A stretch of DNA of 64,000 nt from assembly GCA_034780895.1 (NCBI GenBank), contig JAUZTB010000002.1, positions 61,666,101 through 61,730,100 on the forward strand. The letters are read 5' to 3'. The number at the start of each line of letters is the position of its first letter. The first letter of the stretch is position 1. Below the pieces are notes generated by a model that saw only the letters and a program-made list of their open reading frames with translations, searched no databases and was not told the DNA's origin. Shown piece by piece: positions 27,901 to 42,419 of the stretch. The position numbers and the translations under genes are program-made. Source of the DNA: Rhynchobatus australiae (lineage: Eukaryota).

Positions 27901-28134
27901 GCCTAGAAATTGGATAGCCAGCACTGCTTTAATGTGCTTGAGGAAAAGTCAACATCTAGCTATCTCTCAGAGAAAGTGAAACCATAGGACATGAAAGATT
28001 ACCATAAATTTATATGATTCAAAGACTGAGAAACTTAAGCAGAAAATACATGAAAGATAACATTTATGATAAAGCAAATGCTCACAATACTCCAAATGCA
28101 GTCTGACCAACTTTCACTTTATCCATACTCTTCC

Positions 28135-29335
28135 TATCAGTTGTACCCACCCCCTTACTATTTACTTTAAAGCCCTAGCTACAGCCCTAATTATGCAATT
28201 TACCAGAACCCTGGTCCCAGCGTGGTTCAGATGGAGCCTGTCCCATTGGAACAGCTCCCTCCTTCCCCAATACTGGTGCCAATGTCCCACGAATTCAAAC
28301 CCACTTCTCCCACAACAATCTTTGAATCATGCATTTAACTCTCTGATCTTATTTACCCTGTGCTGATTTGCAATGTGGCTCAGGTAGCAGTCCAGAGATT
28401 AATACCTTTTTGGCTCTGCTTTTTAATTTAGTCCCTAGCTGCTCAAATTCCCTCAGCAGATCCTCTTTCCTTGTTCTACCTACGTCATTGGTACCCACGT
28501 GGACCATGACAACTGGATCTTTCCCCTCCCATTCCAAATTCCTTTGCAGGTCAGATGAGATGTCCCGAACCTGGACACCAGGCAGGCAACACAGCCTTTG
28601 GGTCTCTCGATCCTTGTGAGAATTGTGTCTATTCCCCTGACTATACTATCCCCAATTACTACTACATTTCTCTTCTCTGCCCGCTCTTGAATGGCTCCCT
28701 GAACCACGGTGCCATGGTTCGGTTGCTCATCCTTTCTCCAGCCCCACCCTCATCCACACAAGGAGCAAGAATCTCAGAGCTGTTGGACAAGCTCAAGGGC
28801 TGAGGCTCCTCCAGCACTACCTCTTGGATTCCTCTACTCGCCTCACTCGCAGTCACACCCTCTTGTCCCTGACGACAGACCAAATTTGAAGTACTTAATC
28901 TAATGGGTGTGACTGCCTCCTGAAACACAGCGTCCAGGTATCTCTCCCCCTCCCTGACACATCATAGTGTTTGAAGCTCAGATTCCAGGTTATCAACTTT
29001 GAGCCTGAGTTCCTTGAGCAAGCAAAACCTGCTGCAGATGTGGTCACCAGGAACCACAAAGGTGTGTACTCGCTCCTACATCATGCAGTTACAACACATC
29101 ACCTGATCCTGCATCCCTACTTCGTTTAATTAGTTATGATTTGATGTCTTTTTATTTAACTACTATGAAAAACCTAACCTGTTCTTACCTCCTACTCACC
29201 TGTGCCTCCCTGCTGAAGCCTCTTGAGCCAAAGCCTCAGATTCCCACTTCTACTCTGGCCCACTCTCACAACAGCCACTCCACTTTACCTACCTTCCTTT
29301 ATTGGCTGAGGTGCCACACACTTAGCCAATCACAC
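28135..29335 (-). mobile_element. CR1-type LINE 5' part: 5' UTR plus decayed ORF1 (Zn-finger/leucine zipper plus SGNH esterase)
   Basis: NVVVIGDSIVRGID (GDS block) and PVVMVHVGTNDVG (GxND block), KSRAKKVLISGLLP. N-terminal MQDQVMCCNCMM* starts at 29114. Split by frameshifts and stops. Confidence 0.85.
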
Positions 29336-29595
29336 GACTTTGAAAAAAAAACTGCTGGCTCCTCCCCTCTGCTACTCTGGCTGCTGCAACTGGAGAAAAC
29401 TGTCAGCTTATCTGAAAGTTCTGCTGTTGTCATTTAATTAGATATACCTTTCTCCAATTCATTTTCCATGTGGTGGGTGACGTCTACTTTAATCGTGCAA
29501 TAACTCCCACAACATAATAGAAAAGATCATATGAGCTCTGCAGGAAGCTTCCATGGGAACTTCTCTAATTGGCGCACCTCAGAAACCTGACATCT

Positions 29596-30980
29596 GACAA
29601 CTCCTGCCTGAGCAAGGACCTGGACCTGCTGCAATTTGTCTACCACCACAACAGGTCTGCAGTGGACGCAATCTCACTGGCTCTCCACTTGGCCTTGGAG
29701 CACCTGGACAACAGCAAAACATATGTCAGGCTGCTGTTTATTGATTGGCGTTCAACACCATCATCACCTCAGTACTTATCAACAAGCTTCAAAACTTGGG
29801 CCTCTGCAACTGGATCCTCATCTCCATTATTGAAAGACCACAGTCAGTGCAGATCAGTAGTAACATCTCCTCCCCACTGACAATGAACATAGGTGCACCT
29901 CAAGGATATGTGCTTAGCCCACTGCTCTACTCTCTCTACATTCATGACTGTGTGGCTAGGCACAGCTCAAACACCATCTACAAATTTGTCGATGACACCA
30001 CTGTTGTGGGCAGAATCTCCAATGGCGATAAGGGGGTAAATAGGAATGAGATCAATCGGCTGGTTGAGTGGTATCACAACAACAACGTCACACTCAACAT
30101 CAGCAAGACCAAGGAAATGATTGTGGACTTCAGGAAGGGGAAGTCAGGAGAACACGCACCAGTCTTCATTGAGGGGTCAGCGGTGGAAAGGGTGAGCACC
30201 CTCAAATTCCTGGGCATCTACATCTCAGAGGATCTACCTTGGGCCCAACACATTGATGCAATCACAAAGAAGGAACACCAGCGGCTCTACTTCATTAGGA
30301 GTTTGAGGAGATAGTATATCAAAGACTTGTGCAAATTTCTACAGATGTACAGTGGAGAGCATTCTGTCTGGTTGCATCACCACCTGGTATGGAGGCTCNN
30401 NNNNNNNNNNNNNNNNNNNNNNNNNNNNNNNNNNNNNNNNNNNNNNNNNNNNNNNNNNNNNNNNNNNNNNNNNNNNNNNNNNNNNNNNNNNNNNNNNNAC
30501 TCTTGCAAATTTCTACAGATGTACAGTGGAGAGCATTCTGACTGGTTGCATCACCACCTGGTATGGAGGCTCCAATGTGCATAATCGAAAGAGGCTGCAG
30601 ACGGTTGTAGACTCAGCCAGGTCCATCATGGGTACAACCCTCCCATCATCGAGGACACCTTTAAGAGGCAGTGCCTTAAAAAATGCAGCATCCATCATTA
30701 AGGACCCTCACCATCTGGGACATGCTACTACCATCGAGGAGGAGGTACAGGAGCCTGAAGACCCACACTCAATATTTGAGGAACAGCTTTTTCCCCTCTG
30801 CCATCAGATTTCTGAATGGTCCATGATCTCATGAACATTACCTCATTATTCCTCTTTTGCGCTATTTATTTATTTTTGTAACTTATAGTAATTTTTATGT
30901 CTTTATGTCTTGCACTGTGCTGCTGCCGCAAAACAACAAATTTCATGACATATGTCAGTGATAGTAAACCTGATTCTGAT
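29596..30980 (+). mobile_element. Rex1/Babar LINE, 5'-truncated RT
   Basis: ORFs 29569-29880 and 29745-30314 ([20 protein letters not shown]...KFVDDTTVVG...SKTKEMIVDFRK...QRLYFIRSLRR). 3' tail ends aaacctgattctgat. Confidence 0.9.
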
Positions 30981-32554
30981 ACTTCAACATTAAAATAGCT
31001 CCACTGATGTTAGCACAATCCTGTCACTGTCATGCTTTCACAAGATGCCAAGCACAGACCTTCAAGACTGGCATTATGTAGAAATGGGCAATTATTGCTA
31101 ATGTGTGTAAGTACCCTAACTTGTACTCATATTGAGCTTCCCTTGAAAAGAGGAGTTACACATTTTGTGGAAGGCCCAATCTTCCTTCGTATTGGACATT
31201 CCTTCCTTTCACCAGGATCATTTTCATCGTAAGGACATATTGCTGTGATGCTGTCCATGGATGATCTGAAAAATGTCAAAGCAGCTCAAGTGTGGAATAC
31301 AGCCGTGGATTCAGTCATCTCCCTGAGGATATGTGGTCTATTTCTTTCCAGTATGCCTCACAGAGGAACCAATGTGACCCTACTCTTCTGTTATGGATAA
31401 AGCGTATTTGGCAAAGTAGATGCTGGTCATGTCCGCCAGACTTGGAGAAGGTTTTGTCGTGGGCAGCAATAACTTTTAACATTTGTTTTCTATTTGGTAT
31501 TGTCGCTAACTGTGAACCAGAAAAGTCAAAATATTGCCAAAATTTACTTGCATACAGATTGCACCCACAGAGCATGTTTACAGTATCTTTCAGGATAGTT
31601 ACAACTAAAAATTGTATCTCAGAAGGACTTCAAATATAGATTGATTGCCTCTTATAACTTTGATCAAATTTATAATGTAACATACATTCACATATCAACA
31701 TAGAACATGATCAAAGAACAAATTTGTAAGGATAAGATATTGGAAGATATAACTGTACATTTTTATCATAAACATTATTGTGCTAGTTAAATTAGATACT
31801 GATATTGATTTCAACGTTGTAACTGTTGTGTCCTTACCCTAGTACCAATGACATTTTGGTCATCTTCCTGATTCTCAATGAAGTAATGCAAAACTTTTAT
31901 TTCAATTTGTCAGCGACCGATGTAGAGCAGAAAAGAAACTTAAGGCTCACATTGACACTCGTGGCAAAAATGGAACAAAAAAAAGTGGTGCAACCCACTG
32001 AATTGCGCATTGAATTAAGTAATATTAGGTCATTAAAGTGCTTCAACTGTGTTCTAGGACTACTATTCCATTTTAACCACATTGTTCCTTTGATATACTC
32101 TTGGAAGTAGCTATTTGAAGCAAAAATATTTGGCACAAAAGAGGAATATGAACTTAGTGAGGCTCCTTTAACATTGGAGATACAGGAGATCTAATTGCGG
32201 TTTGGGATCAGAAGACATAATTGAGGTCAACAGTTTCAATTTGCAAGATGTAGTCTGTAAAAAGTAAGAGTGAGAAATAGGAAGAAATAGTCTTTGAAGT
32301 TGTGTAAAAAATAAAGATTCAATACTTTATCAAAGGCCAGGGAAAAGAACTAGATGTTGTGGTTCAACTACTTCATCACCACAGAACATATGATGAAAAG
32401 GAAATTGCTGAAAGTAAGTTCGAATGTTCAGGAAAAAAAAGTGGATTTGATTCAGTGGTACTTGAGGGAAATGATTGGCATAACAAGGAAAGTATTGGAA
32501 ATAGGAGGAATTTTGGAGAACTCGGAAATAAAATTCAAAATAGAATTGTGCCAT

Positions 32555-32912
32555 CGCATTAGCACAGTAGTTAAATTACCAGACGAGCAGTCACAAATCT
32601 GGACCATTGATCCAGAGGCAGAGGGAATTCAAATCCCACCATAACAGCTGGGGAATTGAAATTCAAGAAATTAAATACCCCTGGAATCTAAAATAAACAG
32701 TTTAGCCTCAGTAATAGTAACCATAAAGTTACTGAATTGTTGTAAAATCTCATTTGGTTCACTAAATTTGCCTTACCACCTGGTCTACCACATATGCAAC
32801 TCCAGACCTTCTATCATGGTTGACCCTTAACTGCCTCCTTATTTCAGGATAATTAAGCATGTACAATAAATACCAGCATAGCTAGTGATATCCACATCCC
32901 TTGAATGAATTA
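32555..32912 (+). mobile_element. Old tRNA-derived SINE
   Basis: B-box-like gaattcaaatcccacc at ~32625. 3' end caataaataccagc...ccacatcccttgaatgaat resembles a common chondrichthyan SINE tail. Family not firmly identified. Confidence 0.5.
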
Positions 32913-35900
32913 ATTAGTTGAGAGACTGAAGCAATAAGGGACAGTCTTTCAATTGTAAGATAATGACTGGAAAGGGAACAAATAGAAGAAGAAAATTTGC
33001 AAATGATTGGAAGGAGCTGTTTCTGGAAAAGCTGGCAAACAGCAATTAGCAGTTCTTTTCAATAATATGACATTTAGCTGTTCAAGCTGTGAGCTCACAG
33101 AAATTATGAACAAAGGAAAAGTAAGTTTAAGATTTTGCAAACTGATGCGGGCATCATGTGGGATTGCAAGGTAATATTTTAATAGAAACACGAGAATGAC
33201 AAGTATGCTTGAAGCATGCAGTAAGTGCCAAATCATACAGAAGAACAGTCAGGACTAAACTTCTATAGCAGCTAAAGTAATATAAATTGCTTGACTGATG
33301 CAGATATTAAGGATCAAAATAACGAAAGCAGTTATACCAGAGGAATAAATCAAAAAGTTTCAAAAATCTAGTACTGAATTAGAAGATTAATATCATAAAT
33401 TTGCTGAGTTTGTTGCATTGGGAATGAACATCAAGAATTCAGGAATGATCCTGCAAATAGTTGAATCCTTCAATATTTTCCACTTATTGGTGGAAAAATC
33501 TGCATAGCCTGTTAACCTCAATTACGAATTCTCACCAGGAGCCAATGATGCATGAATTTTTTTTGCTAGGATTGAGCTGGTAAAATAGGACTGATTACAG
33601 AGCGCANNNNNNNNNNACTTATATTCCAGATACAGTGTACTCCCCACATTACGGCAGTTCAAGAAACAGAAATTCGCTCCAAAGAATTCAAGATTTACTG
33701 TCACAAAATCTGAGATAAGGAATAAAAATTCACTCTTATGGAATTTATGTAAGAAAAAAAATAACTAAATAACACAAATGTGAAAGAAACGACAAGTTTT
33801 GTCAAGGTTTTGTAATACAGAAAATCATAACATGGATGGTTTTCTAGGGACACGACCCCTCTGCAACATGGGGATGTACTCTATTCTGTGGGAGGCAGAC
33901 ATTAGATCAATCCAATAATGTACATATGTAGTGTGAGACTGGAGGTAAGGAAATTACACGTATGATCAGTGATATTATTTGGTTGAGAGGTGAATTGTTT
34001 GAAGTTTTTCAGAAGAGCAAAAGAACATACCATTACTGTTAGCTTGATCAGCCATTGCTGAAAATGGATTTAGGTTACATATCAGTCCCAAATTTAATGC
34101 CATGAAAAGAAAAAACATTCTAAAACACCTTCATTGTTTTTGAAACAAAAACTTTCACAACAAATTATTTTTTCTTTTAATGCAGTAGAAGTATTGAGAG
34201 TAATTTTACAAGAGAATCAAGAATATTCCTATAACATATAGTCAAAGCAACAGCTCAGGTGTGTGACATCCACCCAAATCAAACGTAAGTAAAATCAGGA
34301 ATTCTATTACGTCACCACATTTATGAAGGCAACTTGCTTATGTTGCAAATCAAACACAAACTATATCTTAATGGATATCCTTCTGTCATAAGCTATTTCC
34401 TAATGGACATCAGTGCCATCAATTCGAAGTGAAGAACTTCAGCAGGAACTGATGACCTCTCTGTAAGCCAACAGTGTAAGCTTCTGAACACGGTTTGAAT
34501 TCAGGGTTCCATGCTCAGATTACAGGGAACACCCTTCAACAACGGTGGTAAGAAACTCCAGAATTTTATGCTTCAGATGAGATCCACTATTACAAAGTAA
34601 ATCAGATGCGAGGGCCTGATGCATGTCTGAAGCAATAGTTACTTGGTTCCTGCATGGTCAATACACAAAAAATGTTGGTACCTTCTATCTATATGGCAAC
34701 CCACTAGCTTTCCAGCTGCCATGCAGATGGGTCCCAGCTGTGCCTTTTGCTGAAAGCATCAGAAAGCAATTTGGCACATTACNNNNNNNNNNNNNNNNNN
34801 NNNNNNNNNNNNNNNNNNNNNNNNNNNNNNNNNNNNNNNNNNNNNNNNNNNNNNNNNNNNNNNNNNNNNNNNNNNNNNNNNNNNNNNNNNNNNNNNNNNN
34901 NNNNNNNNNNNNNNNNNNNNNNNNNNNNNNNNNNNNNNNNNNNNNNNNNNNNNNNNNNNNNNNNNNNNNNNNNNNNNNNNNNNNNNNNNNNNNNNNNNNN
35001 NNNNNNNNNNNNNNNNNNNNNNNNNNNNNNNNNNNNNNNNNNNNNNNNNNNNNNNNNNNNNNNNNNNNNNNNNNNNNNNNNNNNNNNNNNNNNNNNNNNN
35101 NNNNNNNNNNNNNNNNNNNNNNNNNNNNNNNNNNNNNNNNNNNNNNNNNNNNNNNNNNNNNNNNNNNNNNNNNNNNNNNNNNNNNNNNNNNNNNNNNNNN
35201 NNNNNNNNNNNNNNNNNNNNNNNNNNNNNNNNNNNNNNNNNNNNNNNNNNNNNNNNNNNNNNNNNNNNNNNNNNNNNNNNNNNNNNNNNNNNNNNNNNNN
35301 NNNNNNNNNNNNNNNNNNNNNNNNNNNNNNNNNNNNNNNNNNNNNNNNNNNNNNNNNNNNNNNNNNNNNNNNNNNNNNNNNNNNNNNNNNNNNNNNNNNN
35401 NNNNNNNNNNNNNNNNNNNNNNNNNNNNNNNNNNNNNNNNNNNNNNNNNNNNNNNNNNNNNNNNNNNNNNNNNNNNNNNNNNNNNNNNNNNNNNNNNNNN
35501 NNNNNNNNNNNNNNNNNNNNNNNNNNNNNNNNNNNNNNNNNNNNNNNNNNNNNNNNNNNNNNNNNNNNNNNNNNNNNNNNNNNNNNNNNNNNNNNNNNNN
35601 NNNNNNNNNNNNNNNNNNNNNNNNNNNNNNNNNNNNNNNNNNNNNNNNNNNNNNNNNNNNNNNNNNNNNNNNNNNNNNNNNNNNNNNNTTTTAAAATTTC
35701 ATCCTCCTAGGCTGTCCTTTCACACCTTTGTAAGTGGCAACATGTGCAAGATTGTAGTATCTTTGGATTAAGTTGCTATACTCCAACTGACAGAAGCCAG
35801 GTGGTCCACTTATGGGAATCCTAGATGACATAGAACATAACAGAATTGGAATTAGAATATCTGGTGAAGACTGAGCAAAAGTTGTAACAGTAGGATATTA

Positions 35901-38489
35901 AATAACATGATTTCCTTATCATATGCACAGGGAAAGTGTAATTCCCCACACTGCATGGAAGATTTGCATCCTCTATCACCATACTGACACATCTCAATCA
36001 CCACCTCCATTATATCCCCTCAACTGAGAGTCCCCCTTGTTGACTCCCTGACTGATCCCAACTCCCCAGTCAGATCCTTGGTTATGGCCCCAACTTAAAC
36101 CTCAAGACTTTCTTCTCTGTGGCCTTCCCAGTCAATGGCAAGGCACAGGTCTTAGATTTAACTAACACTTTCAGTCTGGTGCTCTAAAATGTCACTGCAT
36201 GTGAAGTAATGAGCTTAAGAACATTCTTCAGCATCCGACACCTTGGGTGCTAATGAATTCTGCTCTCATTTACTTTTTGCACAATAACCCATCAGCGTGC
36301 CGCCCCCTGCACCAATCAATTTCTGGGCTGATTTATTTTATTTGTTCCATTTATTGCCAAATTGTGCCCATCATTATGGCAATCCAATAATGGTGTGAAA
36401 TAGGGAAGTCCAGGAAATTTTTCTAGCTGCAATAAATTACAATGATACATTTTCAAGTTTGGACAGTCAGTGACTTTAAGGATACTTCGAAGTAATTGGT
36501 ACAGTTGCTCACTCAGTGGTGGAGTTTCCAGGAAAGGGAGTTGCAAAAAAGATCCAGCAAATAACTGCAGTGCTCTCTGCAGAATGCAATCTGCATCAAC
36601 AATCTTTTGTTGATGGATGGATTGTTTACTGAATCTAATGACTGGGAAAACTGCTTTGCTGTGGATGAAGAAGAACTCGAGAATTTTTTCAACTGAATTA
36701 ATCTATGCAAGTATTTCAGTACTTTCTGTGGGAGATAAAAAGATGAACCATTTATCCCAGAGCACCCTGTCTCTGCCCTGGTGCTGTTGATACTGTGTTG
36801 ATAAGACTGAATTCATTCAGTTTTTAATCTGCTCCAAAGTACTGATTGTGGGGAAGTTGGTGATAGTGATGAAACTGAAGGTGAAGGCATATTGACTGGT
36901 CTTTCTCTTCTTTTGAGATTAGAAATATAGAACCCTTGTGTGATATGANNNNNNNNNNNNNNNNNNNNNNNNNNNNNNNNNNNNNNNNNNNNNNNNNNNN
37001 NNNNNNNNNNNNNNNNNNNNNNNNNNNNNNNNNNNNNNNNNNNNNNNNNNNTTAGAGTGAAACTAAACACACTGAAAACCAGCAAAAGCATTGAAGATGG
37101 TTGGGTGAATGATATTGTCCGAAGGAACAACTGTGGTCATGTGCTGAAGCTCTGTCAACTATAACCATTATCTATTGTTTCAGACACAATTTCAGGGTTT
37201 CCCTTTGACCCCAAGTGACATCTGTCTTTGATCCTGGGTGCTATACTTTGTTGTAAGCAGTCTTGATGTTGAAGGCAAATCTCAAGTTTGAAAAGCAGCA
37301 AAGGCACAACAAAATGTCCATATGCAATCTGCCCATGCATCTACAGTGAAACACACTTGTAGCAACTTAATTTCCCAACAATTTACATTTATACTTTGGA
37401 AGCATTTTTTAAAAATCATTTTGTACAGTCAATTGGGTAAAACTTAAAGTTTTTTAATTGGTTATAATTATAGACAATATATAAAAGACATGCAAATTTT
37501 AAACACAAGGACTGATATTCACAAGAGCAGTGGTTTAAAGCTCCAAATTTTATTTTTTTCAAATGCTGAAAAGCCCATATCTTTTGATTCCAAGAAGTCA
37601 TTACTTTAACCTAACAAGTATGCTGTTTCAGAGGCATCTCATCTTTGGAAAAATACCGTAAGCAGCTTAGGATCTATGGGGAGCAAGAAACATTCCTTTC
37701 AAAAAGAATTCATGGCCGATAAAAGTAGCCAGGATAGACTCCTGGGATAATTAGGGATTCAAAAATTCAAATATAAATACTGGAAATCCTGACTCTTACA
37801 ATATATGGCACATTCCATCAATTATAAAGCGATAAACTCGCATTCTTGGAGTTTCCTTTCACTTTTCTGATTAGTGCACATAAAAGATTCAAAGCAGAAA
37901 GACTTTTTACCATCTGTTGCACTATGGTCAAACATCAGCATTGGCATGAATCAGACCACCAACTTCAGAAGGAGGACAATTGAACAAATATGAGGATATA
38001 TGAGAACATGGATGTTATTTAATGGTAAATTTCAAACTGTTCAATGTAAATTGGGAAAACCCAATTGATTTAGAGTCATTAAAATTTCTTGATGTAGTAC
38101 ATCAAAGAAGGGACACACAATGTTGTCTTCATCTTCCCTGGGATTCACAAAAGACTCAGAAAGCTTGTACATTAGCACCCCTGGAGACAGCGATCACAGA
38201 AAGATGAGGCTTTAAGCAGTCTGGAAATCAGAAATGCTTGTGCCCAGAAGTCAGTACAGTAGTTATGCAAGGAGGCAAAATCAAAGGTAAACAGATGTTT
38301 GAAGGTCCCATGGCAATGCTTCAGCAAAAATGACATAGAATAAACTTAAAGGCAATAGGTTGACTGTACAGTATAAACATTTTTCCAGAACTGACATGTT
38401 CAAATTAAACAGACGTGACTCAAAACCAATTAACAAAAACTAAGATTTGAGAAATAGGGAAAATATCTTGGATAAGTACCTCCAGGGAG

Positions 38490-39300
38490 AAATGAAAAGT
38501 GGCTCACTGGGGTCACATCTAGCACTCAGGAATATGGTTGTGGTTCTTGGAGGTCAATCTTCTTGGGCCCAGAATATTGCTGCAGGAGTTTCAAGGCCGT
38601 GACCTTGACCCAAACAAAAACTACGAGAGAGGATCATGAGCCTGAAAACTGATATATCCCAAAGACCTGATGATCTGTGTCCAGGACTTCTGAAGGAGAT
38701 AGTTATATTGACAGTGAATGCTGTGGTTATCATTTTCCATATACTACAGATGTTGGAATGATTGCTACAGATTGCAGGATAGCAAACGAGTCCCCGTTTT
38801 TTAATAAAGAGAGGAAATAGTAAACGACTAGCCCGCAGTTTGACAACAGCAGTAGAGAAGTTGGTGGAATCTACAATAAAGACACTTAGAAAACAGTAAT
38901 ATCATTGAACAGAATCAACATGGATCTATGAAAGGAAAATTACTTTTGACTAACCTACTGGAGTTTAAAGATGTGAATGAGGGGGAATCATCGTATATAA
39001 AGTGCTTGGACTTTCAGAGGGCTTTTTAATAAGATCCCAATAGGAAGTTGTTGAACATGAATTTGAAAGTAATATATCAGTGTGGATAAGAGTTGTTTAA
39101 CAGAGAAAAAAGTGCTACTACTGATAAACAACTTGACTGGATCAGTCATAAAGGTACATTGGCCACCACAACAGGTCAGACAGATAGCTCATGTCTCATC
39201 TCATGACTCCTCAAAATCTACCGTCTAGAATGCTGAGTCAGCAACGTGATGGAATACCCCTCACTTGTCTGGATAACTTTAGTGCTAACTCAAGAAGTTA
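38490..39300 (+). mobile_element. Heavily decayed CR1-type RT fragments
   Basis: Remnants QHGSMKGKLLLTNLLEF (38915-38965), LDFQ.AF and W.IAN.SP.F.K. Confidence 0.6.
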
Positions 39301-41514
39301 AACACTGAGGAGGTTCAGGCAGGGTTATGAATATGCTGCTGTTTATTAGAAGGATTGGCCTGAGTTGCAGTAATTNNNNNNNNNNNNNNNNNNNNNNNNN
39401 NNNNNNNNNNNNNNNNNNNNNNNNNNNNNNNNNNNNNNNNNNNNNNNNNNNNNNNNNNNNNNNNNNNNNNNNNNNTGATGCCTAAAAATTTGGTGGGGAT
39501 GTTATTAGATGTAACAACATTGAGAGTGACTTACAAGGTCGTGGGGTTTGGAGAGATGTACGAAGGCAACAATATTGGGAGTGACTTACGGAGGTCATGG
39601 GGTTGAGAGGCCATGGAAAGTCCATCAGGTTGGGAGTGATGTAGAAAGGCTGTGGGGTGGAGATTACATAAAAGGGCCCCGGACTCAGGAGTGACAACCA
39701 GCGACCCTGGTATTGGGCATGATACACAGAGGGACCATTTTGGGACCATTTGCATTCCTAATTTACATAAATGACTCAATGAAAGGTAGAATGGTGTGAC
39801 AATTCAGAAGCTTTGGACAAACGGAATAAATATATAGGGATGCTGAGTAGTGGCAGATAAAAATAATTCATGCAAGTTTCAGCACATTACAATGGATGTA
39901 GCGACTAGCATCAAGAGGTAGATTTTCAGAAGCATTCAAAAGGAGTATTGAAAGAGAAAGGTGCTGAGGTGGAAGAATTTGGTAACTTAGACATTATACA
40001 TCTGAACATCCAGCCGTAATCACAGAGAAGGGGAAGGGGAACTTACCTATGGCTGGTTGGAGGAATAGAGAATTTGGAATGGTGGATGGTAGTCGCTGTA
40101 GGTCTGGGAAAGCTCATAGAACGAGGGATGGGGTGGGCAGGCTGATGATACTGAGTAGAAATAGGTGGGCTTTGTGATGAGGAGCATGTGCCAGAAATTC
40201 AAATATTGCATTTGGGGAAGAAAGATAGATGACTTGCTTGTTACTGTCAGTGAATACTAGAACAACATACTAGGTAGGAAATTGATAGGTTTCTTTCTTA
40301 GCCATCATATTCAAAGTTCTACATTATAACATTGACTATACACCAAAAAGTACCTCATTGAGTATGAAGTGTTTTGAGACATACCAAGGTGTGAAAAGCG
40401 ATAGTCTTCCTTTCTTTCCCCATTCAATCGGTTCCTCTAGAAGCAATTTCTCTGATCAATTCATTAACTTTTGGAATCACATTAATCCATGCTCTATCAT
40501 AGTTAAGTTCAAGATCCTGAAACCTGCAATTCATTCGGTTTATGAATCCAACGTAAGACGTGGCCAGACTCAAAATGGAGTACAGTGAGATACAGCGATG
40601 TTGCACTGAACTTTCTGGTCTCATAGTTGCAAAATGGGCAGGTGACATCTAGTGGCTGGCAATAAATATTGCATTAATTTCTATTTTTGTTTTCAGCATG
40701 CTATGTAAAAATGCATGCCAATCTGCATTTTTTCAGCACTACTAGTCTATTCATTAGGAACTATATGATTATGTTTAACAACCTTCTTCATATTACTGTT
40801 CATATTTACTAAATTACAGTTAAGTGGGTAAAAAGTTCTGAATAACTGAACAGTTTATAAATTGGATTATAGCTGATAAAACTGCTATTTGATTTCATCT
40901 CATTATTATATGATTATTGATGGCTTAAGAAGAATTTATTATTGGGGCAGATTTTTTAAAACAATCCATTTTCTAAGAAAATATGCTGCTGTCTTGTGCT
41001 TAAAATGACTGCTGGAGTTCCAGATATTTAGAAGAAACTCTTTGAGTCAAATTGATAATTATCAACACCCAATTCACCCCCTTCCAACCACCAAATATAA
41101 CTATATACACATTCAAAATACCTCAATTAACCTGCTTTTATGAGTCAGCAGTTTTTACAACCATAAACATGGTTGACTAATTTGTTAGTTGGAAACCTCA
41201 TCAGTGGTTCTCATCTGACCCCTGGGTTTCCTGGCCATAAACCTTTCAGCAGATAGGTAGTCTGCAATCACGTTATGAGTTTCAATTAATCTTGTTGCAA
41301 GTTCAAAATGACTCATACATTGTTAGTGTTACATGGCCAAATCAAAACTAAGCACCTTATCTGAATTCAGGAAATCTATTTACCAAATTAGTCACAGAGA
41401 ACAAAGAACAATAGTCTAGTAACTGCCTGTAAACAGAGCACAACTGTTTTAATAGAAATGGATAACTTCATTCTGGTGTCCATACGCATCAAATCAGCTT
41501 CCATCATTACACTG

Positions 41515-41640
41515 AAACCCCCAGCTTTCCCTCCTTATTGCCACCCTAAACTCCACAATGGCTGCCTGTTCAAAATCAAGTCATACATGAGCCAAGGCTG
41601 CCTCCAATTAGTTATGGGAAAGTCTGAAGCAATTGTGCTC
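41515..41640 (+). mobile_element. L2-type LINE RT fragment
   Basis: CLFKIKSYMSQGCLQLVMGKSEAIV resembles the L2 motif CL.DIK.WM..NFLQLN..KTE.I. Confidence 0.55.
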
Positions 41641-41659
41641 TCGTTAGGAATGGATATAT

Positions 41660-42410
41660 TTGAGAGGATTAGACCACTTAGTCTCCTGAGCCTGTTCAAC
41701 CAATCAATAAGATCATGGTAGATCTGTGACTGAACTCTATCGTTTATTTCCCCATATTCTTTAATATGTTTGGTTAATAAAAACCCATCAATATGATTTA
41801 AAATTAACAAAAGACCAGATATCAATTGCCAATTCTGGAACAATGCNNNNNNNNNNNNNNNNNNNNNNNNNNNNNNNNNNNNNNNNNNNNNNNNNNNNNN
41901 NNNNNNNNNNNNNNNNNNNNNNNNNNNNNNNNNNNNNNNNNNNNNNATGCACCAAAATTCTGCCATTCACTACATAAAAACATCTCCTAGCTTCACTGAA
42001 AGGTGTGACCCTTAAATTTTAGACCATACTACCTATTCTTAGACAGCCCAATCAAAGAATTTGTCGTCTATTCCTGCATTGTCTAAAAATTTCAATTAAA
42101 TAACACCTTTCCCTTCCACATTCCAGCAAACAAAATCCTAGTGTGTGCAATCTCTCCCAATGGTTTAACATTTGAATCCATGTATTATTCTGACCATCCA
42201 ATTCTCTGATCATTCAAAGGCCAACATATCATGCTTGTGATGAGGTGTAATTGAAGTACAGCTGTCATCTAACCAGGTCTATGTATGATTGTAGCATGAT
42301 TTTTAATTCCAAGGTCAACATTCCATGTGCCTTTTTGATTATTTTCACTACTTGTGTATAGCAGTTTAACAATCCACATACATCGTATGCCAAGTCTTTT
42401 GAACTTGCTC
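41660..42410 (-). mobile_element. Decayed CR1-type 3' fragment
   Basis: ccacttagtctcctgagcctgttcaaccaatcaataagatcatggtagatctg is a typical CR1 3' UTR in reverse orientation. Confidence 0.55.
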
Positions 42411-42419
42411 TGTTCCACT

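Noticed and set aside
30330-30571. Apparent ~68-bp tandem duplication in Rex1 across a gap
   Set aside because: Most likely an overlap or haplotype artefact at a 100-N gap.
36316-37130. Ser-rich short minus-strand ORFs
   Set aside because: No recognisable homology or convincing splice structure.
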